DNA from: Mizuhopecten yessoensis
Lineage: Eukaryota
Assembly: GCF_002113885.1 (NCBI RefSeq)
Contig: NW_018408154.1
Coordinates: forward strand, 906,929 to 970,928
Direction of reading: 5' to 3'
Length of the DNA: 64,000 bases
The notes beneath the pieces are model-generated. The model did not search any database. It was not told where the DNA came from and was given only the letters and a program-made list of their open reading frames with translations. The position numbers were made by a program, and so were the translations under genes. Of the stretch, positions 50,701 through 63,969 are shown piece after piece. How positions within the stretch are numbered: position 1 is the stretch's first letter; each line of letters begins with the position of its first letter.

Positions 50701-53636
50701 GCATGATTCTGAGGTCAGACGAGACGATCTAGATGACTGTGTGTCCTGCACGCGCTTTTCCTTAGAGTTCGGTGGAGTAACTGTCATCTGGCTTGACCCA
50801 GTTTTTTGGCTCGCTTGATGATTAAGGTTCTGTGACAAACTCGTGGTTGTAGTCTGATATCCTGAACCATCATTTCTTTGTTCGATATCTTTTATTCTGG
50901 AACTCAGCGTCTTTTGCCTTTGGACCAGTTGGATCAGCTGTTTTTGTCGTTTTCCGAGTTGTTCGATCTCGCGCTTGTGTCGGAACCTATCCTGTTTTGT
51001 TTTGGAAGTGGACCGTACGTCGGCGGTCAAGCGGTGTCTGTAACACTTGTGCTGGTTGCTAAGCTGTCGCAACAGTGATTGAAGTGTGTCCATGTGTTGC
51101 TTTATTTTTTCAACGTCTGAAAATGAAAAGACAAATAATAGCGTTGAAGCTTTGGTAAATAAACGTTTTTATTTACTTTAACTTATAAGCTTGATTTAAT
51201 GAGAGGTTAACATGAAATAAACGTTCTAATAAAATCATTTATGCTATCAAAGTAAAATCACATCTCATAAATAATCATATTTTAAAATGCAGCTAATTGA
51301 TTATGAATATTTAATGACAACATAGATCTATTGTTTTCGATGTTCTTGCACAATGGACTAAAAGAAATACTAGTACCCGGATACTCGCGCTGTTATTGTT
51401 CAGTAAGTTAACTTAGGTAATAATGAGATACATTTCCTTATTTCTCCACGTCAATAGTTTCATAAAACACTTTGGTGAACGCCATGAAGCTTACCTCCTT
51501 GAAGACTCGATTTGCGCAGTTGTTTGTCAACATAGTCTTGCTGCTTGACGATCCTTTTGAATATCACTTCCTCTCGGTCATGCTTATCATTGAACAAACA
51601 GTCAAGAGGTTGAACATAATATTCGGGTTTTTCCAGGGGTATTTTTAGAATGTAATTACAAATTTTATTACTAGCATATATCTAGTCTAACCCAACCGCT
51701 TACTAACCACAGTTTAATGTAACATAGTCATCATCCAGGAACAAATTAACCCAAAACTTCAAAATACAGCGGTAATATATATCTGAATAAACATATTTGG
51801 GAACTATATACCCCAGTGTCAACACTAAGGGAACTATATACCCAGTGTCAACATACAAGGGAACTATAAACCCCAGTGTCAACATACAAGGGAACTATAT
51901 ACCCCAGTGTCAACATACAAGGAAACTATATACCCCAGTGTCAACATACAACGGAACAATAAACCCCAGTGTATTTGGTGTTTCCACTGTGATGTGCTAT
52001 TGTATTGGGTGTTTCCACTGTGATGAGTTGTTGTATTGGGTGTTTCCACTGTGATGTGTTATTGTATTGGGTGTTTCCACTGTGATGAGTTGTTTTATTG
52101 GGTGTTTCCACTGTGATGTGTTGTTGTATTGGGTGTTTCCACTGTGATGTGCTATTGTATTGGGTGTTTCCACTGTGATGAGTTGTTTTATTGGGTGTTT
52201 CCACTGTGATGNNNNNNNNNNNNNNNNNNNNNNNNNNNNNNNNNNNNNNNNNNNNNNNNNNNNNNNNNNNNNNNNNNNNNNNNNNNNNNNNNNNNNNNNN
52301 NNNNNNNNNNNNNNNNNNNNNNNNNNNNNNNNNNNNNNNNNNNNNNNNNNNNNNNNNNNNNNNNNNNNNNNNNNNNNNNNNNNNNNNNNNNNNNNNNNNN
52401 NNNNNNNNNNNNNNNNNNNNNNNNNNNNNNNNNNNNNNNNNNNNNNNNNNNNNNNNNNNNNNNNNNNNNNNNNNNNNNNNNNNGGTAAATGGGTAAGCAT
52501 TTTAAAATCTTGTGTAAATCCTCATATCTTGGCTAACTCAGGAAACGAGTACCTTAATAAAGTTCAAGGAAATTGCAAAAATGTGTTTTGGAAAGATGTG
52601 TTTAGGGCATGGTATAAATTAAGAGCAAAAGAGGAGCTGTTTAAAAATGAGAATTTTGCCCTACTTAAGACACCCTTATGGTATAACAAAAATATTTCTG
52701 TTGGTAATAAAGTTGTTTTTTATAGTAAGTGGTTTAAAAACGGGATTATGATAATTAATGATTTGTTGAAAAACAACACAGACTACTCTTTCTTGTCTTT
52801 TAAGGAATTTTGTGATCTACATGGTACAATAACTAATTATCTAGAATATCATGGCTTGATAACAAGCATAAAGAATTATCTGAAACAACTTAATTTGCCA
52901 AACAAAAATGTGATATACCCAATTATACCGTTACATCTTGTAATAATTTTAAAGAAGAAAAAAGGTTCTCAAGACTTCTATAATATACTTATCAGAAATA
53001 ATGCATCAATAACTGCTCAAACAAAATGGGGAACTATATTCGACTATAATCAGGAAACTTGGGGGAAAATATATGCTATTCCTTTCAGGGTTACAAAAAA
53101 TACAAAATTGCAATGGTTGCAATTTAGAATTAATCATTATATTTTAACAACCAATTCTTATTTATGCAAAATTGGACTTGTAAATAACCCACACTGTGTT
53201 TTTTGTATCATAGAAAGGGAGACAATTACCCACGTTTTATGGGAATGCAGGGAAGTACAAAAATTTCTGAGCAATTTTGAAAGTCTTTTAAGTGCTCTCA
53301 CTATTCCTTTCTCACTAAATAAAGAATCAATGATCTTTGGTTTTATCAACCAAACTGGAATTTATACCAGAATTGATAATGAAATTACTCTGTTCATTAA
53401 ACAATATATATACAAAACCAGATGTTTTCATAAGTCACTTAATGTGACGGCTTTAGTCAATTCGATTAAAGATTACTATAAGGTTCAGAAATATATTGCT
53501 CGTGGTAAAGGGGAACAAGGCCTTAGAAGATTTACTTCTGAATGGGAAAAATGGTTAAAATTAGTAGAGCTTGACCTCAACTAACCCTGAGTATTATGAC
53601 TATTTATATTAAGTTATTAGTTGTTATTCTACTTTA

Positions 53637-53673
<37 letters not shown>

Positions 53674-56600
53674 GCTCTTTGTCCATTTGTTTTGTCTATT
53701 CTATGTGTGAAAGTGTGTGAAAATTGAATGTGTCTTGGTGATTGTATAAAATCAGCATCAGATGATGAGGATGATGAGGAGGATGAGGTTGCTGATAATT
53801 TCAATAGTAGATATGTGTGAATGTGTGGATATGTGTTGATGTGATGTTCTGTATAATGTACATGTTCTGAAAATGTTTGAAAATAAAAAAATTAAATTAA
53901 AAAAATAAATAAAAATGAATCAAGTGTGAACACAAAAGAATAAACTATACAAGAGTGTCAACACATACTGACAAAACATGTACAACAGGGTCAATACACA
54001 TACTGACATAACATGTACAACATGGTCAATACACATACTGACATAACATGTACAACAGGTTCAATACACATACTGACATAACATGTACAACAGGTTCAAT
54101 ACACATACTGACATAACATGTACAACATGGTCAATACACATACTGACATAACATGTAAAACAGGGTCAATACACATACTGACATAACACGTACAACAGGG
54201 TCAATACACATACTGACATAGCATGTACAACAGGGTCAATACACATACTGACATAACATGTACAACAAGGTCAATACACATACTGACATAACATGTACAA
54301 CAATGTCAATACACACACTGACATAACATGTACAACAAGGTCAATACACACGGGAAAATATAGGTACAACACTAAAAACTCGATGAAAATAAAGAATTAA
54401 AAATGGCGTGAAGGCGTATCTGACTTTTTTAGCATTTGCTTTCATTTCGGATTTATTTCAGATCTTCTTTTATGGTGATTCATACTTAGGTTTTCTTCCA
54501 TACATCAATTGTACCATTCTTTTCATAGAACACTACTGTATGTCAAGCACACTGAACGATGGCGGAATCCGTTATGTCGAAGTTGTTTAATACATAGCCT
54601 GCTAAAGGAGATCATAAAAGCGTTTCGAGGTAGGGGAAGATGTATTCTGGGACGTATTTTTACGGGAAAGTGTTGATTGCGTAGCGACGGCTGCTTACCT
54701 CTACTGCAGGGCTACTGTCGTGTGGTGATATGGTTGACTGACTTTCATGTCCTTTTTGCGGCGCAAATATTTGTTTTTCCTCTTTGTCATCTGCAGAAGA
54801 TAGGTGTAGTATACAAAACCTGTATGTTTATATATATTTATATATATATATATATATACAATGTATATATAGACATGCAAAAAAACAAGATGGATAGTCG
54901 GCACTTGGACGTATGCTTTACGCGAACTATAGACGCGATATTTAGTACAAAGTACTTAACATGTACATTGCAAAAAACTAGTATGTCATATAATTGATCT
55001 ATTACTAGTGAATTGTATGGTGGCTTATAAATGACATTTCGTCGTTTCGCTTTGTCGCCCGCGAAATAACGCCAAGCGAAATAAAGAAATAATGAAAAGA
55101 CGAAAACCCGCCAAAGCGAAATAACGAAATAACCCCACACCGTGTGAAAATAACGCCAGAGCAGAAATGCTGCACACAAAAAAACAGATAATTTCAAAGC
55201 TTTAATATTTCCTTGTGTGTTGTGTTTACTGATTGATGAACTAGTATATTAAACATGTGCAGAGGAAAGTAGTGAAGTCACACGGAAGAAAACTTGTAAA
55301 TCGTGTTGTTTTCATCCATGACGGGTAACATTGTGGCATATCCTACTCTGTTCGTCCCTTTACTTGTCCGTGTACCAGGAAATGGCTTCCCTACATTTAT
55401 TAACATATAAAGCTGTATTCAAATTATTACATAAATATATATCCCGACTTTATTTGTGCTGTAGGATTGCTATGACAAAATGGGGTATTCTGTCCTGTTA
55501 TATAGAGACAGTTTCCTTGTTCATTCTCTTTATACGAAGTTTATTTATCTATTAAGAGCATTACTTCATAGCTATTCGTATATAGGTAAGGAAGGCAGAG
55601 TGAACACGACTTGAACCTATTGTTTAAAAAGTTATAACTGTTTGTTTTATGTCCAGAACATAACTTCCTTGCTATTCACCAGACATGTGATACATGTATC
55701 TTGAGAAAACCAGTTGTTGTATACTAACATTTTGTCACGCCTCCCCCCCCCNNNNNNNNNNNNNNNNNNNNNNNNNNNCCCCCCCCTCTTTATACAGAAT
55801 TATAGCCCGTTGTTGTTTTTAAATCTTCAAAGTTTTTGTAAATATGGGCAAAGGGAGGCAATCCATGCCATATGCAGAGTTTTTTGATACATTTTATACA
55901 GGAAAGCATCAGAGCCAGTCAGATAGACTATTACGTCTGAGACTTTGTTAAGAACTTGAGTCTAAAATGAAAGTAAAACATGCGATGGGCGTGTATGATG
56001 CAATCATAACGTCATCAACAGTTCTACTAAGTCGAACCTTACCTAAAACATCCAGTGTGTCAATACGCTGGCATTTCCCAGGCAACTCTCCAGTCATTGA
56101 CTGCTCATGACATGAACCCAGTTTCCTGCCTCTCGTGTTGTTATTTCCCGAGCTCCGAGTGCTAGTTGCGTGATACACTTTGTCCTGTTCACTGTCAAAT
56201 TCTCCGGAATTCTGGGGACTCCCGGCATGTGCCCTTTTAGCCTGATCATCGGAGCTTGAATGTGATACCTTGGTCGCCTGAATGTGCCCCTCTCTTGAGC
56301 TCTGCGTGGCACTCGCGTGGAAGGCTTTGGATGATGGCCTACCAACCTCTTCTGAGCTGGGAGTGCTCCTCGGCTTGAAAGTTTTGGCAGCGGAATCAAG
56401 AATTTCTCTTGAGCTCCGAGTGCTTCTCGAGTGGATTTCTCCTGAGCTTTGAGAGCTATACGGGCGGCACATTTTGGCTTGAGGACTATTAGACTTCACA
56501 AAGCGGTCCTCTTGGTCCACTGATTCAAACACCTTTGTACCAACTCCATCACCAAAGGACAGACCAGGGCTATGAGTATACAAGTTAGGCGAGATACGGT

Positions 56601-59600
56601 TTACAGGGGACACAATAGAATCCTGACAATCTGGTCGTACAAATTGGATGGGTAATGTTCCACTGTGGTCACAAGAACTCTGGGTATCATCAAAAAGTAG
56701 CTGGGACGCCTGGTCCTCTGATACAGATTTAGGATTATTGATATGCTGTGTTTGTCGAAGTAATGACTCCGACATTACTGAATCGTCGTCCGAATCTTCC
56801 GCGACCGAATGGTCCACCTACAACAAACCTAGGACATTAGTAACGTTATATATATATATATATATCCTGTAGTATAACCACCAGAATAAGACCAGTAAAT
56901 AGACAAACATATTTTTTATATTTTAGACCACGATTAAATAATGGGAACCTTAACAATGCTTATAGAGAAATGGCAGTCCAAGCACAGATTTATGTGAAGC
57001 CCTAAAATAGCATTAGCGCAGTAGATGAACAAGAAATGCCATGGTTGGTCTAAAGGAAAGTGTGAATCACAGAATATATTAATTAACGTGTGAAAATGTA
57101 CTCAAATATCCTACCTTACGAGACCATGTTGATGTCTGTACGGGCAACACAGGGGATAGTGTTTTATCTGAAAAAGACAACAGTACTCGATATGAGGAAT
57201 AAAACGGTTACTAACATACATAGTAGTTACATATGCTTATACGGTTATTTTAAATATCAAAATCCAAAATTTAACGAACATTTGTAGAAATTTATAATAA
57301 ACATTAAAAGAAAAAAGAAAAAATGCAAATATTCAAAAAATTACATTCACAACCGTCGGCTAATCAGACTGACGAATCAGGCGCTGTCGTTTTGTACACC
57401 TCACTTGTATAGGGTTGAACATTGCTTTGTTCTAGATCATTTGCGGGATGGTTCGAGTTACTCTCAAGACTTTAAATGAAACAGTTTTGCAGAGTTTGTC
57501 TCGGGACCAAATCCATACCTCGCCCCCATGAGCGTGAACATGACAAGATTCCGCATTACATTAACCAAATCCATTGATTATCCTGTCTGTGACACTACGA
57601 GCTTACCTGTGATATCCGTTTGAAGAACTCTTTTATTTTCTAGCCTAAAACAAACAAAAGTACGATCAGGAATCACAAAGCAATATGTTATTGATATTAA
57701 TGAACTGAAACAGCAGGTGATATTAGACCATATCTTGATCAGAGTGAAGACGTTTACTTGCCATAACACAGCGTGACGTACTATCAGATTAAGACATTTT
57801 CTCTACCAAATCGCGATATGTAGCTGTTATTTGTTTACAATTTGATATCTCGTGCCAATTTACATAAAGTGTTTAACAGATCATTAACACCACAACAGAA
57901 AAACAAGGCTTGACAGTTCAAATAGTCAACAGTTATAATACACAATGTATAGAATACACAGCAGATTGTCTCGTGTAACGTCAAGGTACTGTAGCTGATC
58001 GCGTCGTGGTAAGGCCGCCATCTTTGAACGGTCACTTAATACATGAGATTTGTGTTAGATGCGAGACATTCACCTCGTTTTAGAATGATCTTAATGTCCT
58101 GTAAAGTCAATACGTCGTCTATGATTATATTATTGTCAGTTGATTACCTTGTATCCGGTACTCAAGTGGTTGTCGTCATTACTCTATATGATTTGTATGT
58201 ACTTACAGCGAAAAATGGCTGTTAATTTGTGCGTTCTCATAGAGCGTAAAATGTTAATCAAATTGTGAGTTCTCGTGGTTTAAAACGCCAGTTAATTTGT
58301 ATGTATTCATGGTTAAAACCATACCTCAAAGTTATTACTGAAGTACTCTTCGTTTTTTTATTAGAAACTTTAAGAGACAATTACAAGTGGATATTGCTAT
58401 GTTTACTGGTAAAATTTTAAAACTATTTACGGTTGTTGCGTAAAGACTCAGTAACAAAGGAGTTGTTCACGGCCAAGTTGGCTACAATTTCACTGTCTGT
58501 TGCTCGCATATTTATTTAGATTTAACCTGATTAAACGCGCTGTATTGCTAAGCACTTAGTGTTAAAGGATAGACAGTGTGAGAATGTTCTACCTGTACAC
58601 AAAGTTGTTTAGTGATAAATCTGAATAATAAACCCGTGTCTTTAAGAACATTCGACGTATACCGGACATATTACTGAAGAGAGATCTGTTAAAAACCTGA
58701 AAGATTCCGGAATTAAAACAAAGAACCGACCAAAGAAAACGGTCAAACTCCTGTTTCACCCGAGATCACTCACGAGATAGGGTAACGTATTGCTTCTTAT
58801 ACCAGTATACTTACTTACACTCACCGTGTTAAAAGTCATAACACTCTGTCACTAGTAATCACAACGTTAGGTAACTAATTGTTACTGATATCTCTGTGTT
58901 GCTAGTAATCACAACGTTAGGTAACTAATTGTTACTGATATCTCTGTGTTGCTAGTAATCACAACGTTAGGTAACTAATTGTTACTGATATCTCTGTGTT
59001 GCTAGTAATCACAACGTTAGGTAACTAATTGTTACTGATATCTCTGTGTTGCTAGTAATCACAACGTTAGGTAACTAATTGTTACTGATATCTCTGTGTT
59101 GCTAGTAATCACAACGTTAGGTAACTAATTGTTACTGATATCTCTGTGTTGCTAGTAATCACAACGTTAGGTAACTAATTGTTACTGATATCTCTGTGTT
59201 GCTAGTAATCACAACGTTAGGTAACTCATTGTTACTGATATCTCTGTGTTACTAGTAATCACAACGTTAGGTTATTTACTGTTATCCCTGTGTCACTAGT
59301 AATCACACCGTTAGGTAACTAATTGTTACTGATATCCCAGTGTTACTAGTAATCACAAGGTTAGGTAACTAGCTGTTACTGATATCTCTGTGTTACTAGT
59401 AATCACAACGTTAGGTAACTAATTGTTACTGATATCCCTGTGTTACTAGTAATCACAACGTTAGGTAACTAACTGTTACTGATATCCCAGTGTTACTAGT
59501 AATCACAACGTTAGGTAACTAATTGTTACTGATATATCTGTGTTACTAGTAATCACCACGTTAGGTAACTAATTGTTACTGATATCCCAGTGTTACTAGT

Positions 59601-62600
59601 ACCCACAACGTTAGGTAACTAGCTGTTACTGATATCCCTGTGTTGCTAGTAATCACAACGTTAGGTAACTAATTGTTACTGATATCCCTGTGTTACTAGT
59701 AATCACAACGTTAGGTAACTAATTGTTACTGATATCTCTGTGTTACTAGTAATCACAACGTTAGGTAACTAATTGTTACTGATATATCTGTGTTACTAGT
59801 AATCACAACGTTAGGTAACTAATTGTTACTGATATCTCTGTGTGACTAGTAATCACAACGTTAGGTAACTAACTGTTACTGATATCTCTGTGTTACTAGT
59901 AATCACAATGTTAGGTTATTTACTGTTACTGATATCCCAGTGTTACTAGTACCCACAACGTTAGGTAACTAACTGTTACTGATATCCCAGTGTTACTAGT
60001 ACTCACAACGTTAGGTAACTAACTGTTACTGATACCCCTGTGTTACTAGTACTCACAACGTTAGGTAAATAATTGTTACTGATATCTCTGTGTTACTAGT
60101 ACTCACAACGTTAGGTTAATAATTGTTACTGATACCCCTGTGTTACTAGCACTCACAACGTTAGGTAACTTATTGTTACTGATATCCCTGTGTTATTAGT
60201 ACTCACAACGTTAAGTAACTTTCTATTACTGATATCCCAGTATTACTAGTACTCACAACGTTAGGTAACTCATTGTTACTGATATCTCTCTGTTACTAGT
60301 ACCCACAACGTTAGGTAACTAACTGTTACTGATATCCCTGTGTTACCAGTACCCACAACGTTAGGTAACTAACTGTTACTGATATCTCTGTGTTACTAGT
60401 AATCACAATGTAAGGTTATTTACTGTTACTGATATCCCTGTGTCACTAGTAATCACAACGTTAGGTAACTAACTGTTACTGATATATCTGTGTTACTAGT
60501 ACTCACAACGTTAGGTAACTAATTGTTACTGATATCTCTGTGTTACTAGTACCCACAACGTTAGGTAACTAACTGTTACTGATATCCCTGTGTTACCAGT
60601 ACTCACAACGTTAGGTAACTAACTGTTACTGATATCTCTGTGTTACTAGTAATCACAATGTTAGGTTATTTACTGTTACTGATATCCCTGTGTCACTAGT
60701 AATCACAACGTTAGGTAACTAACTGTTACTGATATCCCTGTGTTACTAGTACTCACAACGTTAGGTAACTAACTGTTACTGATATCTCTGTGTGACTAGT
60801 AATCACAACGTTAGGTAACTAATTGTTACTGATATTTCTGTGTTACTAGTAATCACAATGTTAGGTTATTTACTGTTACTGATATCCCTGTGTCACTAGT
60901 AATCACAACGCTAGTACCCATAACGTTAGGTAACTTACTGTTACTGATATCCCTGTGTTACTAGTACTCACAACGTTAGGTAACTAACTGTTACTGATAT
61001 CCCTGTGTTATTAGTACTCACAACGTTAGGTAACTTATTGTTACTGATATCTCTCTGTTACTAGTAATCACAATGTTAGGTTATTTACTATTACTGATAT
61101 CCCTGTGTCACTAGTAATCACAACGTTAGGTAACTAACTGTTACTGATATCCCTGTGTTACTAGTACCCACAACGTTAGGTAACTTATTATTACTGATAT
61201 CTGTTACTAGTACCCATAACGTTAGGTAACTTACTGTTACTGATATCCCTGTGTTACTAGTACCCACAACGTTAGGTAACTTATTATTACTGATATCTGG
61301 TACTAGTACCCATAACGTTAGGTAACTAACTGTTACTGATATCCCTGTGTTACTAGTACTCACAACGTTAGGTAACTTATTGTTACTGATATCTCTCTGT
61401 TCCTAGTACCCACAACGTTAGGTAACTAACTGTTACTGATATCTCTGTGTTACTAGTAATCACAACGTTAGGTAACTAATTTTTACTATTATCTCTGTGT
61501 TACTAGTAATTACAATGTTAGGTTATTTACTGTTATCCCTGTGTCACTAGTAATCACAACGTTAGGTAACTAACTGTTACTGATATCCCTGTGTTACTAG
61601 TACTCACAACGTTAGGCAACTTATTGTTACTGATATCTCTGTGTTACTAGTAATCACAACGTTAGGTAACTAATTGTTACTGATATCTCTCTGTTACTAG
61701 TAATCACAATGTTAGGTTATTTACTATTACTGATATCCCTGTGTCACTAGTACCCACAACGTTAGGTAACTAACTGTTACTGATACCCCTGTATTACTAG
61801 TACTCACAACGTTAGGTTACTAACTGTTACTGATATCCCTGTGTTACTAGTAATCACAACGTTAGGTAACCAATTGTTACTGATATCCCTGTGTTACTAG
61901 TAATCACAACGTTAGGTAACTAACTGTTACTGATGTCCCAGTGTTACTAGTAATCACAACGTTAGGTAACTTACTGTTACTGATATCCCTGTGTTCCTAG
62001 TACCCACAACGTTAGGTAACTTATTATTACTGATATCTGTAACTAGTACCCATAACGTTAGGTAACTAACTGTTACTGATATCTCTGTGTTACTAGTACT
62101 CACAACGTTAGGTAACTAACTGTTACTGATACCCCGGTGTTACTAGTACTCACAACGTAAGGTAAATAGCTGTTACTGAGAACTCTGTGTTACTAGTACT
62201 CACAACGTTAGGTAACTTATTGTTACTGATATCTCTGTGTTACTAGTAATCACAACGTTAGGTAACTAACTGTTACTGATACCCCAGTGTTACTAGTACT
62301 CACAACGTAAGGTAAATAACTGTTACTGAGAACTCTGTGTTACTAGTACTCACAACGTTAGGTAACTTATTGTTACTGATATCCATGTGTTACTAGTACT
62401 CACAACGTTAGATAACTCACTGTTACTGATATCCCTGTGTTACTAGTAATCACAACGTTAGGTAACTAACTGTTACTGATATACCAGTGTTATTAGTACT
62501 CACAACGTTAGGTAACTTATTGTTACTGATATCCCAGTGTTACTAGTTCTCACAACGTTAGGTAACTAACTGTTACTGATATCCCTGTGTTATTAGTACT

Positions 62601-63969
62601 CACAACGTTAGGTAACTTATTGTTACTGATATCTCTGTGTTACTAGTAATCATAACGTTAGGTAACTAACTGTTACTGATATCTCGGTGTTACTAGTAAT
62701 CATAACGTTAGTTACCTTACTGTTACTGATATCCCTGTGTCACTAGTAATCACAACGTTAGGTAACTAACTGTTACTGATACCCCTGTGTTACTAGTACT
62801 CACAACGTTAGGTAACTAACTGTTACTGATATCCCAGTGTTACTAGTAATCACAACGTTAGGTAACTAATTGTTACTGATATCTCTGTGTTACTAGTACT
62901 CACAACGTTAGGTAACTAACTGTTACTGATATCCCTGTGTTACTAGTACTCACAACGTTAGGTAACTAACTGTTACTGATATCCCAGTGTTACTAGTAAT
63001 CACAACGTTAGGTAACTAATTGTTACTGATATCTCTGTGTTACTAGTACTCACAACGTTAGGTAACTAACTGTTACTGATATCCCTGTGTTACTAGTACT
63101 CACAACGTTAGGTAGCTAACTGTTACTGATATCCCAGTGTTACTAGTACTCACAACGTTAGGTAAATAACTGTTACTGAGATCCCTGTGTTACTAGTACT
63201 CACAACGTTAGGTAAATAACTGTTACTGATATCTCTGTGTTACTAGTACCCATAACGTTAGTTACCTTATTGTTACTGATATCCCCATGTTAGTAGTACT
63301 GAAGCTTTATGTAACTTTCTATTACTGGTACACCTGCGTTTTTAATACCTACAACTTTAGGGAACCTACTATTCTCTTAACCTTTTGTACATAATACATT
63401 CCCAGCACACACACAGGCATACACACATAGGGAGATATTAGCCAGGTGGTAAAGGACTAGTAGTTAGCGCCTGATAAGGCAGCTCCTGCGAATTCCTCAA
63501 TATTGTATTGATTAATATATATGCTAATTTTAATGTCTGTATACAATTGTATATCTATGTACTGTAAAGCGCTTTAGAGTGGCGTATGTTCGCTATAAAG
63601 GGCGCAATATCAAATGTTGTATATTACTATTATTACTAAATGACAATCACAACTTTATTTAATTCGCTAATAATCATTATTAACTGCTACCGATTCACAC
63701 TCCTGCATCACCACCGGTTTGTGTATTGCCCCGTACTTCCTTCTTCGGCCACTGATGGCACCCAATTTTCCACTTCGATCCCCTGCACCGACCTAAATTC
63801 ATTCCCGTATGGTGACCTATACTTACATCCTTAGGCCGAGAAGCGACTTGTACGGTGACTTTAGATCACCAGTCTCGTCACTGTTCCTTGTGGTGTTAGT
63901 TACTATGGATACTGCATCGTCACATACTTCCGGAACTATGGAAACTCCGTCGCCATATGTCTCCGCCAT
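44551..63969 (-). CDS. ANKRD31: ANKRD31-like protein with C-terminal RAMA domain (multi-exon)
   Basis: Exons 63969-63827, 57644-57607, 57167-57115, 56817-56043, [unresolved junction], about 51670/51580-51495, 51116-50182, 49124-48612, 48013-47897, 47207-47067, 45747-45687, 45304-45268, 44758-44551. All resolved junctions are GT-AG and in phase. Coiled coil near 51590-50870, then RAMA domain, then LISDEE...FW tail. Confidence 0.7.
45687..48013 (-). CDS. Three exons encoding the RAMA domain
   Basis: Spliced peptide LRTLIERGALVPENDCLVTESK|KNGRYIGSLLHSGLIRGHGGEVFKTPVQWVSAV...AYRE|VFYHGQPL fits the RAMA pattern (L..L..G.L.P / LL..G.I / F.TP..W / V.Y.G..L). Confidence 0.8.
46021..46762. repeat. 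37-bp minisatellite, about 20 copies
   Basis: Unit catgtatcacatagtgcgtgaaccgctcaccctaaca. Confidence 0.95.
47800..47882. repeat. 40-bp direct duplication
   Basis: aacactgttctgtatKaggttagtccttgtaaacaataac occurs twice. Confidence 0.85.
48105..48565 (-). mobile_element. 3' fragment of an I/Nimb-group LINE (ORF2 C-terminal zinc knuckle plus tail)
   Basis: SYR..R.DEV..ARI..GH.YMTHSYLLK.DDQ.QCIAC.EP...KH..LDC.DL..AR...LDYLKTVGL, then a gttgaagagccgttaaa tail. Confidence 0.8.
48612..49124 (-). CDS. Pro/Ser-rich exon of the ANKRD31-like gene
   Basis: tttcag|CAC...CGG|gtaagt; 171 codons. Confidence 0.85.
49397..50113. mobile_element. Non-autonomous DNA element with nested inverted repeats
   Basis: Outer TIR ataatcttcccctacc / ggtagggggagattat; inner IR of about 54 bp at 49431-49484 versus 49929-49982. 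Confidence 0.75.
50182..51116 (-). CDS. Coiled-coil/Ser-Thr-rich exon of the ANKRD31-like gene
   Basis: ttttcag|AC...ACAG|gttagt; 935 nt open. Confidence 0.85.
51798..52211. repeat. Two abutting minisatellites of about 30 bp running into an assembly gap
   Basis: gggaactatataccccagtgtcaacatacaa, then gtattgggtgtttccactgtgatgWgYtRtt. Confidence 0.9.
52212..52483. other. Assembly gap (N run); a second small gap lies at 55752-55778
   Basis: N characters. Confidence 1.
52484..53915 (+). mobile_element. 3' end of an L1/Tx1-clade LINE (ORF2 with zf-RVT-type region, 3' UTR, A-rich tail)
   Basis: Open frame to 53584: FWKDVF.AW, PLWYN.NI, KLQWLQFRINHYILTTN, C..C...ET..H..W.C (CVFCIIERETITHVLWEC). 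(CT)n in the UTR and an A-rich tail at 53880-53915. Confidence 0.88.
53955..54351. repeat. 35-bp minisatellite, about 11 copies
   Basis: Unit gtcaatacacatactgacataacatgtacaacagg. Confidence 0.95.
56043..56817 (-). CDS. Large Ser-rich exon of the ANKRD31-like gene
   Basis: ttgtag|GTG...TTAG|gtaagg; 775 nt open; in phase with upstream exon 57167-57115. Confidence 0.8.
58842..63300. repeat. 50-bp satellite, about 89 copies
   Basis: Unit tctctgtgttactagtaatcacaacgttaggtaactaattgttactgata. Confidence 0.97.
63560..63638 (+). mobile_element. L2-type LINE/SINE 3' tail
   Basis: tgtaaagcgctttagag...ggcgcaatatcaaat...tattactattattacta. Confidence 0.55.

Noticed and set aside
52160-53584. 474-aa host gene spanning the N gap
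   Set aside because: The N-terminus is satellite plus Ns; the remainder is LINE ORF2.
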